From: Candidatus Dadabacteria bacterium
GTDB taxonomy: Bacteria; Desulfobacterota_D; UBA1144; Nemesobacterales; Mycalebacteriaceae
Length of the DNA: 64,000 nt
Assembly (NCBI GenBank): GCA_026708565.1
Contig: JAPOUR010000005.1
Location: 32,273 to 96,272, forward strand
Reading direction: 5' to 3'
The position numbers were made by a program, and so were the translations under genes. Numbering within the stretch: the stretch's first letter is position 1; each line of letters starts with the position of its first letter. Shown here in pieces: positions 58,311-64,000 of the stretch. The notes under the pieces were generated by a model. That model was not told the origin of the DNA. It did not search any database and saw only the letters and a list, made by a program, of their open reading frames with translations.

Positions 58311-58865
58311 ATGGTTCTTACACCGTCAAGTATGATTCCGCTGGGAATGAAAGCGCCCGACTTTGATCTTGCGGACGTGGTCAGCGGGGAAAACAGGAAA
58401 CTTGAAAATTTCCGCTCCGATGTGGCAACCGTGGTGATGTTTATATGCAACCACTGCCCCTATGTGAAGCACATTCAGCATGAACTGGTGTCTCTCGCGC
58501 GCGAATATACGGAGCGCGGGGTCAGTTTTGTCGCCATCAACTCAAACGATGTTGAGAACTATCCCGATGACTCGCCCGAAAAGATGCTTGAAGACGCAAA
58601 CCGGCTCGGCTATCCGTTTCCCTACCTTTTTGACGAGACTCAAGAAACGGCAAAGGCGTATGACGCGACATGCACGCCGGACTTCTTTGTTTTTGACTCT
58701 GATTTCCGGTGCGTTTACAGAGGCCAACTTGACGATTCAAGGCCCGAAAACGGCAAGCCTGTTACGGGGAAAGACCTCCGCGCGGCGCTTGATGCAATAG
58801 CGCGCGGGCAGTCTCCCTCAGAAAACCAGATTCCAAGCATGGGATGCAATATCAAGTGGAAGTAA
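58311..58865 (+). CDS. Thioredoxin-fold family protein
   Basis: FICNHCPYV CxxC in a thioredoxin-like context. Confidence 0.65.
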   Translation: MVLTPSSMIPLGMKAPDFDLADVVSGENRKLENFRSDVATVVMFICNHCPYVKHIQHELVSLAREYTERGVSFVAINSNDVENYPDDSPEKMLEDANRLGYPFPYLFDETQETAKAYDATCTPDFFVFDSDFRCVYRGQLDDSRPENGKPVTGKDLRAALDAIARGQSPSENQIPSMGCNIKWK

Positions 58866-58887
58866 CTTTGCGCTTCCGGGGCGGCGC

Positions 58888-60555
58888 GTGAGCGGCGGCA
58901 AAAAGAGAGATTTTATAAGGGAGATTATCGCCGGGGATTTAAGCGCCGGAAAAAACGGCGGGCGGGTGGTCACCCGTTTCCCCCCCGAACCCAACGGACG
59001 CCTGCACATCGGGCACGCCAAATCCATCTGCCTGAATTTTTCCGTGGCGGCGGAAAATTCCGGAATCTGCAAACTGCGGTTTGACGACACTAATCCCGGA
59101 AAGGAGAGCGGCGAATTTGTTGAGTCAATCAAGGAGGATGTCAAGTGGCTTGGCTTTGACTGGGAAGACCGGCTGCGTTTCGCCTCCGATTACTTTGACA
59201 AACTTTTTGAATGCGCCTCTTATCTCACGTTTGGAGAACTCGCGTATGTGGATGACCAGAGCCCCGATGAGATTCGCCGCCTTCGCGGCACTCTGACCGA
59301 GCCCGGAAGCGACAGCCCGTTCAGAGACAGGTCGCGGTGGGAAAACCTTGACCTTTTGAAACAAATGAAGGACGGCAAGTTTGATGAGGGGGAAAAGGTG
59401 TTGCGGGCGAAAATTGACATGGCGGCAGGCAATATCAACATGCGCGACCCGGTGATATACCGCATACTGAAAACCCCTCACCACAGAACCGGCGAAAAAT
59501 GGAACATCTATCCCACTTACGATTTCGCCCACCCGCTTTCGGACGCGATTGAGGGCGTAACACACTCGCTCTGCACCCTTGAGTTTGAAGACCACAGGCC
59601 CCTTTACGACTGGTTTGTTGAAAAACTCTCCCATCGGCTCGGTAGTAGCAGACCGCGCCAGATAGAGTTTTCCCGTCTGGACATCAGCCACACGGTGATG
59701 AGCAAGCGGCTGCTGTCCGAACTGGTTGAGGATGGCGCGGTAAGCGGCTGGGATGACCCGCGCATGCCCACGATATCGGGAATGAGGAGGCGCGGATACC
59801 CGCCGGAAGCCATAAGGGATTTCTGTGACAAGGCGGGCGTTACAAAGCAGAAAAGCACGATTGAACTGGAACTGCTTGAGCACACCGTCAGGGAGCGCCT
59901 GAACAAAACCGCAGAAAGAAGAATGGCCGTGCTTGACCCGCTGAAACTTGTCATAACGAACTATCCGCCCGGCTCAGAAGAGATGCTGCCCGCCGTGAAC
60001 AATCCTGAAGACCCGTCTGCGGGAAGCAGAGATGTGCCGTTTTCCGGCGTCCTTTACATAGAGCGGGATGACTTTATGGAAAACCCGCCCAAAAAGTTTC
60101 ACCGCCTCTCTCCGGGAACAGAAGTGCGGCTCAGATACGCATACTTCATCACTTGCGAGGAGGTCGTCAAAAACGGGGACGGCAGTGTAAGGGAGTTGCG
60201 CTGCCGGTATGACCCGCAGACACGCGGAGGAAACGCCCCGGACGGGCGCAAGCCCCGCGGCACCATACACTGGGTCAGCGCCGGGCATGCGGCGCGCGCC
60301 GAAGTGCGGCTTTACGACAGGCTGTTTGAAGAAAAAAACCCCGCCGCCTCAGGCGGGCCGCTGAAGGAGTTGACAAACCCCGCCTCCCTTGAAATTCTGA
60401 AAGATGTTCCGGTTGAGCCGTCTCTTGTCGATTCGCACCCCGGCGCAATTTTTCAATTTGAGAGAAAGGGTTATTTTGCCGCCGATGAGGATTCAAGCGG
60501 CATGCGGCCGGTGTTTAACAGAACCGCAACTTTGAGGGATTCGTGGAAGAAGTAA
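58888..60555 (+). CDS. glnS: Glutamine--tRNA ligase
   Basis: [18 protein letters not shown] (HIGH). VMSKR (KMSKS variant). 555 aa. Confidence 0.9.
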   Translation: MSGGKKRDFIREIIAGDLSAGKNGGRVVTRFPPEPNGRLHIGHAKSICLNFSVAAENSGICKLRFDDTNPGKESGEFVESIKEDVKWLGFDWEDRLRFASDYFDKLFECASYLTFGELAYVDDQSPDEIRRLRGTLTEPGSDSPFRDRSRWENLDLLKQMKDGKFDEGEKVLRAKIDMAAGNINMRDPVIYRILKTPHHRTGEKWNIYPTYDFAHPLSDAIEGVTHSLCTLEFEDHRPLYDWFVEKLSHRLGSSRPRQIEFSRLDISHTVMSKRLLSELVEDGAVSGWDDPRMPTISGMRRRGYPPEAIRDFCDKAGVTKQKSTIELELLEHTVRERLNKTAERRMAVLDPLKLVITNYPPGSEEMLPAVNNPEDPSAGSRDVPFSGVLYIERDDFMENPPKKFHRLSPGTEVRLRYAYFITCEEVVKNGDGSVRELRCRYDPQTRGGNAPDGRKPRGTIHWVSAGHAARAEVRLYDRLFEEKNPAASGGPLKELTNPASLEILKDVPVEPSLVDSHPGAIFQFERKGYFAADEDSSGMRPVFNRTATLRDSWKK

Positions 60556-60562
60556 CGAACGG

Positions 60563-61513
60563 TCAGGCGGTCTCAAGCCATTCCCCATATTTTCCGTTCT
60601 CGGCTCTCGTTATCTCAAAAAAGGTTTCCTGAAGACCCTTTGTCACCTCTCCGGGCTTGCCGTCCCCTATCATCCTGTTGTCCACCTCACGCACGGGGGT
60701 TATCTCCGCCGCAGTGCCGGTCAGAAAAACCTCGTCCGCCGTATAAAGCTCATCTCTGGTAAAGCGCTGCTGCTCAACCGGTATTCCCCTGTCCCGCGCA
60801 ATCTCAATCACACACGCCCTTGTTATGCCCTCAAGAGCGGAGGTCAGCGGAGGGGTTTTAAGCGCTCCGCCGCGCGCTATGAAAATGTTCTCACCGCTCC
60901 CCTCGGCCACATAGCCTTCCGCGTCAAGAAGCAACGCCTCATCAAAGCCGGTTGATATTGCCTCCTGCTTTGCAAGCACGGAGTTCACATAGTTGCCGCA
61001 TATCTTGGCTTTTGTCATGAAGGAGTTGACGTGCATTCTGGTAAAGGATGAGATTTTCGTTCTGATGCCGTTTTTAATGCCGTCATCACCCAGATAGGCA
61101 CCCCAGACCCATGCGGCAACGGCGACGCGGACAGGGTTGTCCACGGGCAACAGCCCCATTGAGCCATGTCCGAGAAAAGCGATGGGCCTTATGTACGCTT
61201 CCTTGAGACTGTTCTTCTCCAGAACGGAAAAAACCGCTTCGCGTATCTCGTCTTTGCCGTAGGGGATTTTAATGCCCGCGATGTGGGCGGACATAAAAAG
61301 CCGGTCTATGTGCGCGCCCAATTTCAGAACGGCGGTTTTGCCGCCCGCGCCCCTGTAGGCCCTGATGCCTTCAAAGACCCCTATCCCGTAGTGAAGGGTG
61401 TGGGTGAGTATATGAACATTTGCCTGCTCCCACGGAACAAGAGAGCCGTTGAACCATATAAGTCCGGGCGTGTCCGCGCTTTTACGGCCTGTTTCTGATG
61501 AAGAATGACTCAT
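60563..61513 (-). CDS. ilvE: Branched-chain amino acid aminotransferase
   Basis: [14 protein letters not shown] fold type IV motifs. Confidence 0.9.
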   Translation of the reverse strand: MSHSSSETGRKSADTPGLIWFNGSLVPWEQANVHILTHTLHYGIGVFEGIRAYRGAGGKTAVLKLGAHIDRLFMSAHIAGIKIPYGKDEIREAVFSVLEKNSLKEAYIRPIAFLGHGSMGLLPVDNPVRVAVAAWVWGAYLGDDGIKNGIRTKISSFTRMHVNSFMTKAKICGNYVNSVLAKQEAISTGFDEALLLDAEGYVAEGSGENIFIARGGALKTPPLTSALEGITRACVIEIARDRGIPVEQQRFTRDELYTADEVFLTGTAAEITPVREVDNRMIGDGKPGEVTKGLQETFFEITRAENGKYGEWLETA

Positions 61514-61583
61514 GAAGATTCGCCAACAAAGGCGCTATTCTAACGGTAGCGGAGGCAAAGGGCAATTCCCTTGACGCCGTTGT

Positions 61584-62858
61584 GTGTTAGATTTCCCGCC
61601 GTCTGTCATGGAAAACGGCGAAAAAAGAGTTCTCTTCATCAATCACTCCGTTCGGGACGGCGGCCCCGGAAGGAGTCTGTTTTATATTCTCAAGCACCTG
61701 GACAGAAACTCCGTCCGCCCGTTTGTGCTCATTCCCAGAGACGACATCTTCTCTGAAAGGCTCAAAGAGCACGGGATATACCGGGACGTTATAGTTGATT
61801 CCCGATTTCCCGACGGGCTCTTCCGCCCGTTTTGGAACAGTTTGCCGGGACGGGTGAGTTGGCGCGGCCCCCTCGGCGGCGTCCTTTCGGCTCTGATGAA
61901 AACCGCCTATGCGGCGGCAAACATAGCGCGGATAGCCGCCCTTGTGCTCACCTTTGGCAATGTGATACGAGAGCGGCGCATAGACCTTCTCCACTGCAAC
62001 GGGACGATAGCGAAAATAACGGGCGCGTTCACGGGAATGCTGCACGGCGTGCCCGTGGTGTGGCATGTGCGCAACATTCAGCAGACGCCGTTTATGAAGT
62101 TTCTAATCACGCGCCTTGCCCGCGCGGACGCGGTAAAAAGGATTATCTGCGTTTCCGAGGCCACCGCCGTTCAGTTCGGAGGCAACCCCAAGGTTCGTGT
62201 CATACACAACGGAATTGACACCGAAGAGTTTGACCCCGCCGCGCCGCGCGCGCAAACGGTCAGGCGGGAGTATCAAATCCCGAACGGCGCGGTGGTGGTG
62301 GGAAACACCGGCAGGGTGGTTCCACGCAAGGGTTACGGGCGCTTCGTTGAAGCGGCGGCGGCGCTGCTCAAAGACCCCGGACTGAAAACCGCTCTGAGAT
62401 TCGTGATAGTGGGAGACACGCCGGGCTTTTTTGTGGGCAACCATCTGTCCGAAATAAAAGAGAAAGTGGAGCGCATGGGCATAGCGGACAACTTCATCTT
62501 CACCGGCTTCAGGAAAAACGTGACGGACTGCCTGCCGGACTTTGACATATTCCTCATCCCCTCAAACTATCCCGACCCGTTCCCGCGCTCCGTCATAGAA
62601 GCAATGTGTTTTGCCTTGCCGGTTGTCGGCTTTGCAATCGGGGGGATAGAGGAATCGGTGGAGGACGGTGTTACGGGACTGCTCAGCCCGCCCGGAGACA
62701 CCCGCCACATGACTGAAAACCTCCGCCGGCTGATTGAAGACGCCGGGATGAGAAAGTCCATGGGAAGCGCCGCGAGAAAGCGCGTCCGCGCGCTGTATCA
62801 GGCAAGGGAGAAAACCGCAGAGATTCAGGCGGTTCTGCTTGAAGCGGCGGAGGTTTGA
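61584..62858 (+). CDS. Family 4 glycosyltransferase (GT-B)
   Basis: GT4 C-terminal E-x7-E region (ESVEDGVTGLL). N-terminal Rossmann domain. Confidence 0.75.
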   Translation: MLDFPPSVMENGEKRVLFINHSVRDGGPGRSLFYILKHLDRNSVRPFVLIPRDDIFSERLKEHGIYRDVIVDSRFPDGLFRPFWNSLPGRVSWRGPLGGVLSALMKTAYAAANIARIAALVLTFGNVIRERRIDLLHCNGTIAKITGAFTGMLHGVPVVWHVRNIQQTPFMKFLITRLARADAVKRIICVSEATAVQFGGNPKVRVIHNGIDTEEFDPAAPRAQTVRREYQIPNGAVVVGNTGRVVPRKGYGRFVEAAAALLKDPGLKTALRFVIVGDTPGFFVGNHLSEIKEKVERMGIADNFIFTGFRKNVTDCLPDFDIFLIPSNYPDPFPRSVIEAMCFALPVVGFAIGGIEESVEDGVTGLLSPPGDTRHMTENLRRLIEDAGMRKSMGSAARKRVRALYQAREKTAEIQAVLLEAAEV

Positions 62859-62875
62859 GGGGCTTTTCCTCACTG

Positions 62876-64000
62876 TCATTTTCCGCCGGAATCCTTCCTT
62901 TTTCTGAAAAACAGCCGCACGGGTGTGCCCTCAAAGCCGAACTCATCCCTGAGGCAACGTTCAAAATATCTTGCGTAATGGCGGGGAATGGAGGCGCTCA
63001 GCGCGTTTGTGAAAACCACAAAGGCGGGCGGACGGACGCCCACCTGACTCATGTAATACGCCTTGAACTCGCGCCCCTTGAAAACCGACGGCCCGCGCGC
63101 GACCGTTTTTTTGAGAAAATCGTTCAGTTTTCTTGTGGAGATTTTAGCGCCGTGCCGGGAGGCGGCCCTGCGGACGGCGGCAAAGAGGCTGCGTATGCCG
63201 CCGCCCTGAAGAGCTGAAAGTTTTACGACCGGCGCGAAATGCAACGCGCCGCCCAGCCGCCGGACGGTTTTCTCCGCTATGTCGCCCGCCTCCTCCTCCA
63301 TTCCATCGGGCGCAAGGTCCCACTTATTGAGCGCGATAACGGCCGCCTTCCCCCTGTCCTCTATAATGGAGGCAATCCGGGTGTCCTGACGCGAAGGCCC
63401 CCCGGCCGCGTCTATCATCAAAACCGCCGCATCGCACTCCGCTATGCTTCTTATCGCCCTGAGGGTTGCCAGCCTCTCAACTCCCGCCCCCACTCTCGCC
63501 CTTTTCCGCACACCGGCGGTGTCCGTCATGACGTATTTGCGTCCGCCGTATTCAAACTCAACATCAACCGCGTCCCGCGTAGTTCCCGCCACCGGGCTGG
63601 TTACCATTCTTTCAGCCTTCAGAACGGTGTTAACAAGGGTGGATTTGCCCACATTGGGCTTTCCCAATACGGCGAGCCGGACGGCGGGTTCACCCTCCCG
63701 AAGAGACGGTTCTGAAGCCGGAAGCAGAGATGCTATCCGGTCAACAAGTTCATAGATGTTTCTGCCGTGAAGCGCGGAGACTCCCGCCCGCTCCACCTCT
63801 CCCAGAGAGTGAAAATCGTCAACAAGGCCCTCATGCTTTTTATGGTCAACCTTGTTAACAACGCAGAGAACCTTTTTCCCGCTCTTTCTGAGAGCCCTTA
63901 TAATCTCGCCGTCCTGAGGGAGAGGGGCATCGGTCGCGCTGAGAAGCATCAGTATGAGGTCGGCCTCTTCAATGGCAACCTCCGCCTGCTCACGCGCTCC
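62876..64000 (-). CDS. der: Ribosome-biogenesis GTPase Der (EngA), N-terminally truncated by the window end
   Basis: Second G domain GKPNVGKSTLVN plus KH-like C-terminus. The open frame continues to position 64000. Confidence 0.85.
   Translation of the reverse strand, partial: GAREQAEVAIEEADLILMLLSATDAPLPQDGEIIRALRKSGKKVLCVVNKVDHKKHEGLVDDFHSLGEVERAGVSALHGRNIYELVDRIASLLPASEPSLREGEPAVRLAVLGKPNVGKSTLVNTVLKAERMVTSPVAGTTRDAVDVEFEYGGRKYVMTDTAGVRKRARVGAGVERLATLRAIRSIAECDAAVLMIDAAGGPSRQDTRIASIIEDRGKAAVIALNKWDLAPDGMEEEAGDIAEKTVRRLGGALHFAPVVKLSALQGGGIRSLFAAVRRAASRHGAKISTRKLNDFLKKTVARGPSVFKGREFKAYYMSQVGVRPPAFVVFTNALSASIPRHYARYFERCLRDEFGFEGTPVRLFFRKRKDSGGK

Noticed and set aside
59125-59883. 252-aa minus-strand ORF
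   Set aside because: Antisense to glnS.
1-64000. CRISPR arrays
   Set aside because: No series of regularly spaced direct repeats was seen. The only tandem repeats are the in-gene 102-bp ankyrin duplication and the two dispersed REP-like hairpins.

Overview
This 64 kb window is high-GC bacterial chromosome, mostly densely packed housekeeping genes on both strands, with several low-GC accessory pockets.

Housekeeping content:
- nuoABCD and a lone nuoN.
- ftsK, uvrA, glyA-nrdR-tatD-pdxA.
- A futalosine-type late menaquinone cluster (UbiA/UbiX/UbiD-like genes plus an MqnC/E radical SAM).
- mgtE-recO-argJ, pyrD, ychF.
- A tRNA-His/Arg/Pro cluster.
- ftsH-folP-cdaA-cdaR-glmM-pdxJ-acpS-folC.
- rpe, glnS, ilvE, der.
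- A fused otsA-otsB followed by a sixA-like gene.

Accessory or unusual content:
- 5' end: a partial YadA-like trimeric autotransporter adhesin.
- 2.1-4.9 kb: a radical-SAM/Cys-rich (ArsS-like) gene with an AhpD-like CxxC protein, a DUF2064 transferase and a CcdA thiol-disulfide transporter.
- 7.4-8.6 kb: an AT-rich islet holding a HicB-like gene, a K-rich ORF and a secreted NucS-like PD-(D/E)xK nuclease.
- 8.6-9.5 kb: an ankyrin-repeat gene carrying a perfect 102-bp tandem duplication.
- 16.7-22.4 kb: the most interesting region, a ~5.8 kb low-GC island inserted between the convergent 3' ends of ftsK and nuoD. It carries an HNH endonuclease plus Dam-family methyltransferase (a type II R-M pair) and a 1280-aa protein with an N-terminal SIR2-like domain, a candidate single-gene anti-phage NADase system of the DSR type.
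- 36.5-37.2 kb: an AT-rich UDG-superfamily-like ORF with no stop codon of its own, reading in frame into an FMN-dependent alpha-hydroxy-acid dehydrogenase gene.
- 42.0-43.3 kb: a DUF4160/DUF2442 pair and a second secreted ankyrin protein.

Two copies of a REP-like hairpin element, with a compensatory substitution that preserves the stem, occur at ~1.96 kb and ~9.55 kb.
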